NCBI GenBank assembly: GCA_965216755.1
Contig: CBDCGL010000011.1
Location: 4,672,001-4,736,000, forward strand
Direction of reading: 5' to 3'
Length of the DNA: 64,000 nucleotides
From: Alphaproteobacteria bacterium
Lineage (GTDB): Bacteria; Pseudomonadota; Alphaproteobacteria; UBA7887
Made by a program: the position numbers and the translations under genes. Below the pieces are notes generated by a model, which saw only the letters and a list, made by a program, of their open reading frames with translations, had not been told where the DNA came from and made no database searches. This document shows positions 1-9,847 of this stretch, one piece after another; within the stretch, counting starts at the first letter, position 1; the number at the start of each line of letters is the position of its first letter.

Positions 1-13
1 AGTCGCATTTCGT

Positions 14-27
14 TTGATTCAGGTTAA
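14..27 (+). promoter_or_regulatory. FNR/FixK-like box upstream of hsp20
   Basis: TTGAT-TCAG-GTTAA versus consensus TTGAT-N4-ATCAA, about 75 bp upstream of the ATG. Confidence 0.45.
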
Positions 28-101
28 CGAAATTTGGACGGGCAAGGGTATGAAATTGCGCCGAGACAATAGGCACAATCGCAACTCGACGGAGGCGATC
101 G

Positions 102-638
102 ATGGTCGAAGTCCAAAAAAAGGGAAAGGAAGTGGCGACGGAAGACAAAGCGGCGCCGGCACGGTCAAGTCAACCATTGGCATCGCTACAATCGGAAGTC
201 AATCGACTGTTTGATGATTTCTTCACGGATTGGCCCAGTTTGCGTGGCTCCGGCCGCTGGCTCGATCCATGGGGCATCGGTCGTGTGGCATCGAAGGATC
301 CGATGTTGTCGCCCGACGTCGATGTCAGTGAAACGGACGATCAATACCAGATTACGGCGGAACTTCCCGGCATCGCAGACAAAGATCTCGACGTGACTTT
401 GTCGGATGGTGTTCTAACCATCAAAGGCGAAAAGAAAGAAGAAACCGAAGAAAAGAAGAAAGACTTTCACTTGACCGAGCGGCGCTATGGCTCATTCAGT
501 CGGTCATTCAGGCTCCCTGCGGAGGTCGACGAAGATCGTGTGACTGCGTCGTTCAAGAAGGGCTTGCTCGAAATTCTGGTGCCGAAGACCGAGAAGACAA
601 AAGCCGAAACCAAGAAAATCCGGATCGACGGCGACTGA
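102..638 (+). CDS. Hsp20/alpha-crystallin small heat shock protein
   Basis: PDVDVSETD, ITAELPG, LTIKGEK, ERRYGSFSRSFRLP, GLLEILVPK and C-terminal IxI; GGAGG RBS. Confidence 0.95.
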   Translation: MVEVQKKGKEVATEDKAAPARSSQPLASLQSEVNRLFDDFFTDWPSLRGSGRWLDPWGIGRVASKDPMLSPDVDVSETDDQYQITAELPGIADKDLDVTLSDGVLTIKGEKKEETEEKKKDFHLTERRYGSFSRSFRLPAEVDEDRVTASFKKGLLEILVPKTEKTKAETKKIRIDGD

Positions 639-653
639 CATTGAGGTTTCTAA

Positions 654-743
654 TTTCGGTGACAGTTTACTAAATACACAGCATAATGTGGTCCAAATGT
701 ATGGGATGCGAAATATGGTGTATTTAGTAAACTGTCACCGAAA
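654..743. repeat. Perfect 26-bp inverted repeat with 38-bp spacer (REP/REPIN- or MITE-like)
   Basis: TTTCGGTGACAGTTTACTAAATACAC (654-679) and its exact reverse complement (718-743), AT-rich, between convergent genes. Confidence 0.85.
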
Positions 744-803
744 CACCGTTTAGGGCACTAGTATATGTCAAAGCAATAAATTGTTAATCAGGCAGACTGT
801 CTC

Positions 804-1982
804 TCAAGCACGCGCCAAGTGGCGCATGCCGTCTTCCAAGCCCTTCAACGTTAGGGGAAACATGCGTCGCGTCATGAGTTCGGTAGTAAGTCCGATTGAA
901 GGCGTATGCGACCACCGCTCTTCCGGTTCGGGATTGAGCCAGACCGCAGAGGCGTAGGTGTCGAGCAGCCGCTGCAACCAGACTGCACCCGGTTCCTCGT
1001 TCCAATGCTCAACGCTGCCACCGGCATAGGTTATTTCGTAGGGACTCATCGCCGCGTCACCGACGAAAATGAGTTTGTAATCGGGCGGATATGTGTGGAT
1101 CACATCCCATGTCGAAAAGCGTTCGGCATGCCGACGGCGATTGTCGCGCCAAACGCTCTCGTAAATGAAATTGTGAAAATAGAAATATTCGAGATGCTTG
1201 AACTCGCTGCGCGCGGCCGAGAAGAGTTCTTCCGAGGTCCGCGCGTGCACATTCATTGAGCCGCCGACATCGATGAACAGCAACACTTTGACCCGGTTGC
1301 GCCGTTCCGGGCGCATGCGAATATCCAAATAGCCGCCATTGTCAGCGGTGGCCTTGATCGTATTGTCGAGGTCGAATTCGTCATGGGCGCCTTCTCGAGC
1401 AAACCGACGCAGGCGTCGAAGCGCGATTTTGATATTACGGGTGCCAATGACGATCGAGTCATCGAGATTGCGGTATTCGCGACGATCCCAGACCTTCACC
1501 GCGCTGCCGCGGCGGCCCTCTTTCTGTCCGATACGCACGCCTTCCGGATGGTCTCCATAGGCACCAAATGGGGACGTGCCACCTGTGCCGATCCATTTGG
1601 AGCCACCTTGGTGGCGCTTTGATTGCTCGCGCAACCGTTCGGCGAGCGTTTCCAGCAATTTGTCCCAACCAAGTTTCTCGAGCTTGGCGCGTTCTTCTGG
1701 CGTTAGATGTTTTTCCAGCTCTTTGCGCAGCCATTCCTCGGGCACGTCAGCCAGGAGCGCGTCACTTAGCGATTCGATACCCTTGAAGTACGACCCGAAA
1801 ACGCGGTCGAACTTGTCGAAGTTGCGTTCATCTTTGACCAGAGCCGATCGACTGAGGACGTAGAAGTCATCGATGCTCAAGTTGGCTAGACCCGCCTTGA
1901 CGGCCTCGATAAGAGTCAAGTATTCCCGGAGTGTAACGGGTACTCTCTCATGGCGCAGCCCAAGGAAAAATTCGACAAACAT
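804..1982 (-). CDS. VWA domain protein (CoxE-like), MoxR partner
   Basis: MIDAS-like DVGGSM; WIGTGGTSPFGAYG; FVGDAAMSPYEI; adjacent to MoxR ATPase. Confidence 0.9.
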   Translation of the reverse strand: MFVEFFLGLRHERVPVTLREYLTLIEAVKAGLANLSIDDFYVLSRSALVKDERNFDKFDRVFGSYFKGIESLSDALLADVPEEWLRKELEKHLTPEERAKLEKLGWDKLLETLAERLREQSKRHQGGSKWIGTGGTSPFGAYGDHPEGVRIGQKEGRRGSAVKVWDRREYRNLDDSIVIGTRNIKIALRRLRRFAREGAHDEFDLDNTIKATADNGGYLDIRMRPERRNRVKVLLFIDVGGSMNVHARTSEELFSAARSEFKHLEYFYFHNFIYESVWRDNRRRHAERFSTWDVIHTYPPDYKLIFVGDAAMSPYEITYAGGSVEHWNEEPGAVWLQRLLDTYASAVWLNPEPEERWSHTPSIGLTTELMTRRMFPLTLKGLEDGMRHLARA

Positions 1983-2014
1983 GTCTATTTCTATTTGGTG
2001 TCCAGGTTTATCGA

Positions 2015-2860
2015 CTACCGTTCTTGGCGCCGTTGCAAGAAAATCAAACGCTCGAACAAATGGACGTCTTGCTCGTTTTTGAGCAAAGCGCCGTAGAGTG
2101 GTGGCACTACTTTGCCGTTCTCCTTGGTTCGCAAAACGGACGGATCGATGTCCTCAACCAACAAAAGCTTGATCCAATCCAAAAGCTCCGAGGTCGACGG
2201 GCGTTTCTTGAGGCCGGGTGTGTCGCGCACATCGTAGAATAAATTCAAGGCAGCACTCAGCAACAATTTCTTGATGTCTGGAAAGTGGACTTCGACAATG
2301 CGGGTCATCGTGTCGCGCTCTGGAAAGGCGATGTAATGAAAAAAGCAACGCCTTAGGAACGCGTCCGGCAAGTCTTTTTCGTTATTCGAGGTAATAATGA
2401 CAATCGGCCGCTGCGCGGCCTTGACTATTTCTTTGGTCTCGTAGACGAAGAACTCCATACGATCGAGTTCCAGCAACAGGTCATTTGGGAATTCGATGTC
2501 CGCCTTGTCGATCTCATCAATCAGAAGAACTGGCCGTTGATCGGCACTAAACGCCTCCCATAACATGCCCCGGGCGATGTAGTTACGAATATCGCGAACC
2601 CGATCATCGCCGAGTTGGCTATCTCGGAGACGGGCGACCGCATCATATTCGTAAAGGCCTTGCTGAGCTGTCGTCGTCGATTTGATGTGCCACCGGATGA
2701 GTGGCCGTCCCAGCGCTCGGGCGACCTCTTCGGCGAGCATGGTCTTACCAGTACCGGGCTCTCCTTTGACAAGCAAGGGCCGTTCCAGGGCGATCGCGGC
2801 ATTGACCGCAACCATGAGATCGTTCGTGGCGACGTAGCTATCTGTACCGGTAAATTTCAT
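2015..2860 (-). CDS. MoxR family AAA+ ATPase
   Basis: Walker A GEPGTGKT, Walker B LLIDEIDKAD, LPDAFLRRC. Confidence 0.93.
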   Translation of the reverse strand: MKFTGTDSYVATNDLMVAVNAAIALERPLLVKGEPGTGKTMLAEEVARALGRPLIRWHIKSTTTAQQGLYEYDAVARLRDSQLGDDRVRDIRNYIARGMLWEAFSADQRPVLLIDEIDKADIEFPNDLLLELDRMEFFVYETKEIVKAAQRPIVIITSNNEKDLPDAFLRRCFFHYIAFPERDTMTRIVEVHFPDIKKLLLSAALNLFYDVRDTPGLKKRPSTSELLDWIKLLLVEDIDPSVLRTKENGKVVPPLYGALLKNEQDVHLFERLIFLQRRQER

Positions 2861-3014
2861 GATCCCGCTTCAGTCATATTTTTCTCGCAGGTGCACAATC
2901 GAACACGCGGCCGCGCCCGTCAAGCGCGGCCCGTAGTCTTGCCGAACATGTCGGAAACGCCGTATCGTTGCGCGGGGCGGCGGTTTTGTGCATTAGCGTC
3001 ATTTTGGAGGGATC

Positions 3015-4532
3015 ATGAGTTTACCGTTTCCAATGAGTCGTCGGCGTTTCCTGCAGGGTGCTGCGGCGAGCGCGGCTGCATTGGCGACCTTTCGCCGCGT
3101 CTCGATAGCTGCGATGGCTGGTGATGAGATTTCGTCGATGACCGCGCGTGAGGGCGTGGATGCGCTAGAACGTCGCCTCTTGACGGCCAAGGAATATGCC
3201 GAGGCTTTGTTGGCGCGCAGCGAACGCCTGCGCGACATGAACATATTTGTCAGTCAGGACACGGACGTGGTCCTGGATGCGGCGGCCGACATGGACGCGC
3301 GTCGCATGGCCGGCGAGGATTTGATGGCCTTGTTCGGCTTGCCGATTGTCGCGAAGGACAATATCAACTCCGCCGCAATGCCGACGACAGGCGGCACGCC
3401 GGCTCTCGCCAATTGGACACCACCGGGTAACGCACCAGTCTTGCAGAATGTCTTGGATAGCAATGGTGTGTTGCTGGGCAAAGTCAACATGCATGAACTG
3501 GCGTTCGGTATCACGTCCAACAACGCGACCTATGGCCCGGTTCGCAATCCGTATCACCGCGACATGATCCCTGGCGGGTCGAGCGGCGGCACGGCCGCGG
3601 CGGTTGCGGCGCGTTTGGCGCCCGCTGGGCTTGGTTCCGATACGGGTGGGTCCTGTCGTATTCCGGCAGCCTTATGCGGCTGCGTCGGCTTTCGTCCGAC
3701 ATTGGGTCGCTATAGCCAAGCGGGTGTTATTCCCTTGTCGAGCACGCGCGACACTGTTGGTCCGCTGGGACGAACAGTCGAGGATGTCACTTTGTTGGAT
3801 CACGTCTGTGCGATTGAAAGAGATAAACGCATGGACGTGGCGCTTGAGGGGCTGCGGCTTGGCGTGCCGCGGGCGTATTTTTACGATGGTCTCGATCAGG
3901 AATTGGCCGCCGTCGTTGAAGACGCGCTGTCAAAATTGAGCCAGGCTGGCGCGATCTTGGTTGAAGTCGATTTGGAAAACATCGACGCTTTGAACGGCGC
4001 CGTCAGTTTTCCACTGGTCCTATATGAAGTTTTGCGCGAAATGAGCGCCTACCTGTATAAGAATAATAGCCAGCTGACGGTTGCCGAAGTGGTTGAGCAG
4101 GTTGCGGGGCCCGGTGAACGCGGGATCTTGCAATCGCAGTTCGGACCGGACGCGATGCCGGCCGCCGCCTACCGCGATGCCCTGGTTGTGCATCGCCCGG
4201 CATTGCAGGCCGCGTATCAATCGTACTTTGACGACAATCAAGTGGCGGCAATGATTGTGCCAACGACGCCGTTGCCAGCCAGGCCGATCGGTCAAGAGGA
4301 AACCATTGAGTTGAACGGCGAACAAGTGCCGACCTTCTTCACCTTTATCAGAAACACCGATCCGCCCAGCAATGCTGGCTTACCGTGTTTGAGTGTGCCC
4401 GTGGGCTTGACCGCGGGCGGCTTGCCGGTGGGGATGGAGTTTGTTGGTCCGGCTCTGTCGGACGCGTCGGTGTTGGGAATCGGCCGGGCCGTCGAGAAAG
4501 TTTTGCCCCCATTGCCGGCGCCGGCGATTTAA
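3015..4532 (+). CDS. Amidase-signature family hydrolase with Tat signal peptide (indoleacetamide/mandelamide hydrolase-like)
   Basis: SRRRFLQG twin-arginine motif; AKDNI, GGSSGG, GSDTGGSCRIPA. Confidence 0.88.
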   Translation: MSLPFPMSRRRFLQGAAASAAALATFRRVSIAAMAGDEISSMTAREGVDALERRLLTAKEYAEALLARSERLRDMNIFVSQDTDVVLDAAADMDARRMAGEDLMALFGLPIVAKDNINSAAMPTTGGTPALANWTPPGNAPVLQNVLDSNGVLLGKVNMHELAFGITSNNATYGPVRNPYHRDMIPGGSSGGTAAAVAARLAPAGLGSDTGGSCRIPAALCGCVGFRPTLGRYSQAGVIPLSSTRDTVGPLGRTVEDVTLLDHVCAIERDKRMDVALEGLRLGVPRAYFYDGLDQELAAVVEDALSKLSQAGAILVEVDLENIDALNGAVSFPLVLYEVLREMSAYLYKNNSQLTVAEVVEQVAGPGERGILQSQFGPDAMPAAAYRDALVVHRPALQAAYQSYFDDNQVAAMIVPTTPLPARPIGQEETIELNGEQVPTFFTFIRNTDPPSNAGLPCLSVPVGLTAGGLPVGMEFVGPALSDASVLGIGRAVEKVLPPLPAPAI

Positions 4533-4681
4533 GAACCGTCGCACGCCGGGCACAGCACCAAAGCGCCGGTGGCGACGTGAAGCTGGCCCTCGCAATGCTC
4601 TGCTTGACGTTGGGGCGCCGTTGCCGGTACCGGTAGCGGCGTCGTGGCTGTGGTGCCAACTGGAACCGTGGGAAGAATGAT

Positions 4682-5509
4682 ATGGAGCCGTCGAAAACCG
4701 CTGACAAGCCGAAAAAGCGCATCAGCACGACCGATATCCGTGCACGTAAGAGAACCAAGCCGCCGTTGGTTTGCCTCACCGCCTACACGGCGCAAATGGC
4801 GGCATTGCTGGACCCCCATGTCGAGATGTTGTTGGTTGGGGACTCAGTGGCCATGGTGATCTACGGGCGCGACACGACGCTGGGTACTAGTTTGGGCACG
4901 ATGATTGCGCATGGCCAAGCAGTCATGCGCGGCGCGCAACAGTCTTGCGTGATGGTCGACCTTCCGTTTGGCAGTTACGAAGCTTCACCCGAGCAGGCTT
5001 TCGCGTCGGCGTCGCGGGTTCTGGGCGAGACGGGTTGCGCCGCCGTAAAGCTGGAAGGCGGGGTGGCCATGGCGGATACGGTGCGTTTTCTCGTCTCGCG
5101 CGGCGTGCCGGTCGTTGGCCATATTGGTTTGACGCCGCAGCACGTCAATCAGTTTGGCGGGTTTCGCGTACAAGGTCGTGGCGACGAAGGTGCTGATCGC
5201 ATGGTCGCGGACGCCATTGCGATCGCCGAGGCCGGCGCATTCGCGATTGTCGTCGAAGGGGTGCCGGCCGAGACCGGTCATCGCGTGACGGAAGCGGTCG
5301 ACGTGCCGACCATCGGCATCGGCGCCGGCCCAGCATGCGACGGCCAAATCTTGGTCACCGATGACATGCTCGGCCTGTTCACGCGTTTTACGCCGAAATT
5401 CGTCAAACAATACGCCAAACTGCATGAAATCGTTTCAGACGCGGCAGCCGGGTATGCCGCGGACGTACGTGCGGGTACCTTTCCCGACGAGGCGCATTCC
5501 TTTAAGTAA
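4682..5509 (+). CDS. panB: 3-methyl-2-oxobutanoate hydroxymethyltransferase
   Basis: LTAY, LLVGDS, VKLEGG, GHIGLTPQ, PTIGIGAG, DGQILV. Confidence 0.97.
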   Translation: MEPSKTADKPKKRISTTDIRARKRTKPPLVCLTAYTAQMAALLDPHVEMLLVGDSVAMVIYGRDTTLGTSLGTMIAHGQAVMRGAQQSCVMVDLPFGSYEASPEQAFASASRVLGETGCAAVKLEGGVAMADTVRFLVSRGVPVVGHIGLTPQHVNQFGGFRVQGRGDEGADRMVADAIAIAEAGAFAIVVEGVPAETGHRVTEAVDVPTIGIGAGPACDGQILVTDDMLGLFTRFTPKFVKQYAKLHEIVSDAAAGYAADVRAGTFPDEAHSFK

Positions 5510-5594
5510 TCACTGCGCGAAAGGTTCGAGAGCTTGACTGCGGTGGCACCCATGTCGCCGAGACGTCGGCATGGCTTGGGTGTATGGGAGTGTC

Positions 5595-6773
5595 ATGGCA
5601 AAAATTACCGATATAACGGCGGTCGCGTTGGAGCACAGTCTTGGCGCTGATCATGCCTATGGCATGGCGCGAGGCCTGACGCCTGTACGCCAAGCCACCT
5701 TGTTGCAAGTTGAAACCGACACGGGAATCACGGGCATCGGCGAGGCCTGGGGGCAACCGGCGGGCCTTTTAGCCGGGCTGGAACTTGTGCGGCCGTATTT
5801 CCTGGGGCGCGAGATTTTTGATCGAGAACAGGTGCCGCCCTTCATCTACGCGCAGCGCTATCACTTGGGTATCCAGAACGGCATCACGGGCTGTCTCAGC
5901 GGCATCAACATCGCGCTTTACGATGCGCTTGGAAAGTTGTTTGGCGTGCCTGTTTATAAGCTATTGGGTGGGCGACTCGATGACCGCCTGCCCGCATATG
6001 CGTCAAATGGCTATTTTGCCGTCGATCCTCATGCGCAGTTGGAAAGCCAACTGCGTGGGTTCCGACACAAGGGCTTTCCGGGCGTCAAAATCAAGATCGG
6101 GCATGGACCCCGAGACGACGAGAATAGGGTGGCGCTGGCCCGCGACGTTCTAGGCCCAGATGTTTTGCTGATGGTCGACGCGAACGGCAACTACACCGTG
6201 GACATGGCGCTGGAGAGCATGCGGCGGATCGCCCCATATGACATCCATTTCTTTGAAGAACCGCTGCCGCCGACGGATTTCGAAGGTTATCGTGACCTAC
6301 GCGCCCGCGCCAGCATGCCGATCGCCACGGGAGAGGCACTGTACACGGCCCACGACTTTAAGCGTTTGATGGATGCGCGAGGCGCGGACGTGTTGCAGCC
6401 AGACCTGACCCTATGCGGCGGCTTCGACGTCGGTCGCCAGATTTTGGCGATGGCACAAGTCAACCATGTGCGCGTGTCGGTGCATGTTTGGGGCGGCGCA
6501 GTTGGCCTGGCGGCGGCGATCCATTTCATGGCGGCGATGCCCGCGTGGCCTCATACAGACGCGGTGCCGTATCCGGCCCTGCTGGAATATGACCGCGGCC
6601 AGAACGCCTTGCGCGATGAGCTGCTGACCGAGCCCATCCCCTGTATCGACGGTCACCTGTTGGTGCCCGAAGGACCGGGGCTTGGCGTGTCGCTCGATTG
6701 GCAAGCAGTTGAGCGCTACCGCATTGGTGCCGCGGCGCCGTCGCCTGAGACTGCGGTCAATGGCACTTCGTAA
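5595..6773 (+). CDS. Mandelate racemase/muconate lactonizing enzyme family (enolase superfamily)
   Basis: KIKIG, MVDAN, FEEP, ATGE, QPD; ATG at 5595 follows GGGAG RBS. Confidence 0.9.
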   Translation: MAKITDITAVALEHSLGADHAYGMARGLTPVRQATLLQVETDTGITGIGEAWGQPAGLLAGLELVRPYFLGREIFDREQVPPFIYAQRYHLGIQNGITGCLSGINIALYDALGKLFGVPVYKLLGGRLDDRLPAYASNGYFAVDPHAQLESQLRGFRHKGFPGVKIKIGHGPRDDENRVALARDVLGPDVLLMVDANGNYTVDMALESMRRIAPYDIHFFEEPLPPTDFEGYRDLRARASMPIATGEALYTAHDFKRLMDARGADVLQPDLTLCGGFDVGRQILAMAQVNHVRVSVHVWGGAVGLAAAIHFMAAMPAWPHTDAVPYPALLEYDRGQNALRDELLTEPIPCIDGHLLVPEGPGLGVSLDWQAVERYRIGAAAPSPETAVNGTS

Positions 6774-8574
6774 CATTGCGATCATCGCGCATGTCGATCA
6801 CGGCAAGACGACCTTGGTCGATGCCATGCTGCGGCAAGGTGGACAAATTCGGGACAACCAACAAATTGCCGAGCGGGCACTCGATCGCGGGGATCTAGAA
6901 CGCGAGCGTGGCATCACGATTCTGGCCAAATGCACGGCAGTAACCTGGCAGGGCCACCGGATCAATATCGTGGACACGCCCGGCCACGCGGATTTTGGCG
7001 GCGAGGTCGAACGGATCTTGAGCATGGTGGACGGCGTTTTGGTCCTCGTCGATGCTGCCGAAGGGCCGATGCCACAAACAAAGTTCGTCACCCAAAAGGC
7101 ATTGGCGCTGGGCCTGAGGCCGATCGTCGTCGTTAACAAGGTCGATCGCGCAGACGCGCGGCCAGATGACGTTCTGAGCGACGTCTTTGACTTGTTCGCG
7201 GCATTGGGTGCGAATGAAGAACAGCTTGATTTTCCCACCCTCTATGCATCTGCCAAACAGGGTTGGGCCACCGCTGATCTGGAAAATTCCAGCAGGTCGC
7301 TCAAGGATCTATTTGATTTGATCATCAGCCACGTGCCGGCACCGTCAATCGCGGAAGATGCGCCGTTCGCGATGCTCATTTCAATTCTCGATTACGACCC
7401 GTTCTTGGGCCGGGTTCTGACCGGACGGGTCGAGGCTGGTCGTATTCGCGCAAACATGCCCATTGCGGCGTTGCGTGGCGGTAGCGGGCCTGTTGAGACG
7501 GCGCGCGCGACAAAGCTGTTGGCGGCGCGCGGTCTTGAGCGCGTGCCCGTGGAGGAAGCGCGCGCCGGCGACATTGTCGCCGTGGCGGGTTTGTCAAAGG
7601 CAACGGTTGCGGACACATTGTGCGATCCGGCTGTCACAATCCCAATCACCGCTCAACCTATTGACCCACCGACACTCATGATGCGGTTTTCGGTCAACGA
7701 TTCGCCGTTGGCCGGGCGTGACGGCGACAAAGTGACTAGCCGCGTGATCCGTGCGCGTCTATTGCGCGAGGCTGAAGGCAACGTTGCGATTCATGTGACC
7801 GAATCCGCGGATGGTGAGTCGTTTGAGGTCGCCGGCCGCGGCGAATTGCAGCTGGGCGTGCTCATCGAAACAATGCGGCGCGAAGGCTATGAGCTTTCGG
7901 TTGGGCGGCCTCGGGTCGTCACGCAAACCGATCCGGCCACGGGTGCCAAACTGGAACCGACGGAAGACGCCGTGATCGACGTCGATGACTCATACGCGGG
8001 CGCGGTCGTCGAGAAGATCAGTGAACGCAAGGGGAGCCTTCAGGAAATGCGGCCGACTGGTCTCGACAAGACCCGTTTGGTGTTTCGGGTCCCGTCGCGC
8101 GGCCTGATCGGCTATCACGGTGAATTTCTCACCGATACGCGCGGTACCGGCGTCATGCACCGCGTGTTTGCGGAATATGCGCCCCATGCCGGGGCCATGC
8201 CCGCGCGGCGCACGGGTGTGCTGATTTCGACCAATCGAGGCGCCGCGGTCGCCTATGCCCTGTGGAATCTGGAGGAACGTGGCGCCATCTTCATCGACCC
8301 GGGCACCGAAGTCTATCCCGGCATGATCATTGGAGAGCATAGCCGCGGCCAAGATCTGGAAGTCAACCCATTGAAATCCAAGCAGCTGACCAACATTCGC
8401 GCGGCCGGAAAGGATGAAGCTGTCCGGCTGACGCCGCCGCGGCGGCTGACCCTTGAACAAGCGATCGCGTATATCGCCGACGATGAACTGGTTGAGGTGA
8501 CGCCCGCGTCAATCCGTTTGCGCAAGGCGATTTTGGATCCGCACGAACGCAAGCGTGTGGCCCGCGCCGCATAG
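6760..8574 (+). CDS. typA: Translational GTPase TypA/BipA
   Basis: RNIAIIAHVDHGKTT, DTPGHADFGGEVER, GRGELQL, LTNIRAAGKD; start reassigned to ATG 6760. Confidence 0.97.
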   Translation: MALRNIAIIAHVDHGKTTLVDAMLRQGGQIRDNQQIAERALDRGDLERERGITILAKCTAVTWQGHRINIVDTPGHADFGGEVERILSMVDGVLVLVDAAEGPMPQTKFVTQKALALGLRPIVVVNKVDRADARPDDVLSDVFDLFAALGANEEQLDFPTLYASAKQGWATADLENSSRSLKDLFDLIISHVPAPSIAEDAPFAMLISILDYDPFLGRVLTGRVEAGRIRANMPIAALRGGSGPVETARATKLLAARGLERVPVEEARAGDIVAVAGLSKATVADTLCDPAVTIPITAQPIDPPTLMMRFSVNDSPLAGRDGDKVTSRVIRARLLREAEGNVAIHVTESADGESFEVAGRGELQLGVLIETMRREGYELSVGRPRVVTQTDPATGAKLEPTEDAVIDVDDSYAGAVVEKISERKGSLQEMRPTGLDKTRLVFRVPSRGLIGYHGEFLTDTRGTGVMHRVFAEYAPHAGAMPARRTGVLISTNRGAAVAYALWNLEERGAIFIDPGTEVYPGMIIGEHSRGQDLEVNPLKSKQLTNIRAAGKDEAVRLTPPRRLTLEQAIAYIADDELVEVTPASIRLRKAILDPHERKRVARAA

Positions 8575-8642
8575 GGCATGACGCGGCTGATAAAGCGCCT
8601 ATACTGGCGCACGGTTTCGACCTTTTAGGCGAGGCAACTGCC

Positions 8643-9842
8643 ATGGATCTAGAATTCTCCGAAAGCGATAACGCATTTCGCCAAGAGGTGCGGACGTTCA
8701 TTCGCGACAACTTGCCCGCCGATATTCGGCGCAAGATGGAAAACGATTTGGAACTGGCGCGCGACGACTATGTCACGTGGCAAAGGATTTTATATAAGCG
8801 CGGATGGATGGCGCCGAACTGGCCAGCGGAACATGGCGGTACGGGGTGGACGCCTGTTCAACGTTACATTTTCGAGCAAGAGTTGGCCTATGGCCATACG
8901 CCGCGAGTTTTGCCTTTCGGTGTATCTATGGTTGGTCCAGTTATTATTGCATTCGGCAACAATGACCAAAAAAATAGATATTTGCCTAGAATTCTGTCGA
9001 GCGATGATTGGTGGTGTCAGGGATATTCGGAACCGGGTTCGGGATCTGATTTGGCTTCACTTCGTACACGAGCTGTTCGCGACGGCAATCATTACGTTGT
9101 TAATGGCCAAAAGACGTGGACGACCCTGGCGCAATACGCCGACATGATTTTTTGTCTGGTGCGTACCGATCCGGAGGCGGCGAAACCTCAAGAAGGCATT
9201 TCGTTCTTGCTGATTGATATGCATAGTCCGGGTATCACGGTCCAACCCATCGTCACGATCGATGGCGGTCATGAAGTCAACAGCGTGTTTTTTGAAGATG
9301 TACGGGTGCCAGTGGAAAACCTTGTCGGCAAGGAAAACGCCGGCTGGTCGTATGCCAAGTTCTTGCTGAGTCATGAAAGGTTCGGAATCGCCGCCGTCGC
9401 GCGATCGGAAGTCCAAATCGAGCGGCTCAAGCACATCGCGGCCGCCGAGATGGTCGATGGCAAGCCATTGATCCAAGACCCGGCATTTCGAAAAAAGATC
9501 GCTCAAGTCGAAGTTGAACTGATGGCGCTGGAGTATACAGAGCTGCGGGCGATGGCGGCGGAAAGCGCGGGCAAGCCGCCGGGGCCGGAGGCATCGCTGC
9601 TGAAAATTCGCGGTACGGAAATCCAACAAGAGATCACAGCCCTTTTGATGGAAGCTGTCGGCAACTATGCCCAACCCTATTTGCCGGAAGCAATGCAGGA
9701 CGGCTGGAACGAGGATCCGGTGGGACCGGATTATGCGGCGCCGTTGGCCGGGCGCTATTTCAATTGGCGCAAGGCGTCGATCTACGGTGGCAGCAACGAG
9801 ATTCAGAAAAACATTATCTCGAAGATGGTGCTGGGGCTTTAA
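8643..9842 (+). CDS. Acyl-CoA dehydrogenase, PimC-like large subunit
   Basis: WCQGYSEPGSGSDLASL, NGQKTWT, SIYGGSNEIQKNII. Confidence 0.9.
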   Translation: MDLEFSESDNAFRQEVRTFIRDNLPADIRRKMENDLELARDDYVTWQRILYKRGWMAPNWPAEHGGTGWTPVQRYIFEQELAYGHTPRVLPFGVSMVGPVIIAFGNNDQKNRYLPRILSSDDWWCQGYSEPGSGSDLASLRTRAVRDGNHYVVNGQKTWTTLAQYADMIFCLVRTDPEAAKPQEGISFLLIDMHSPGITVQPIVTIDGGHEVNSVFFEDVRVPVENLVGKENAGWSYAKFLLSHERFGIAAVARSEVQIERLKHIAAAEMVDGKPLIQDPAFRKKIAQVEVELMALEYTELRAMAAESAGKPPGPEASLLKIRGTEIQQEITALLMEAVGNYAQPYLPEAMQDGWNEDPVGPDYAAPLAGRYFNWRKASIYGGSNEIQKNIISKMVLGL

Positions 9843-9847
9843 GGCGC

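Noticed and set aside
804-2860. CoxD/CoxE-like pair as evidence of CO dehydrogenase
   Set aside because: No coxMSL nearby; this MoxR-VWA pair is widespread on its own
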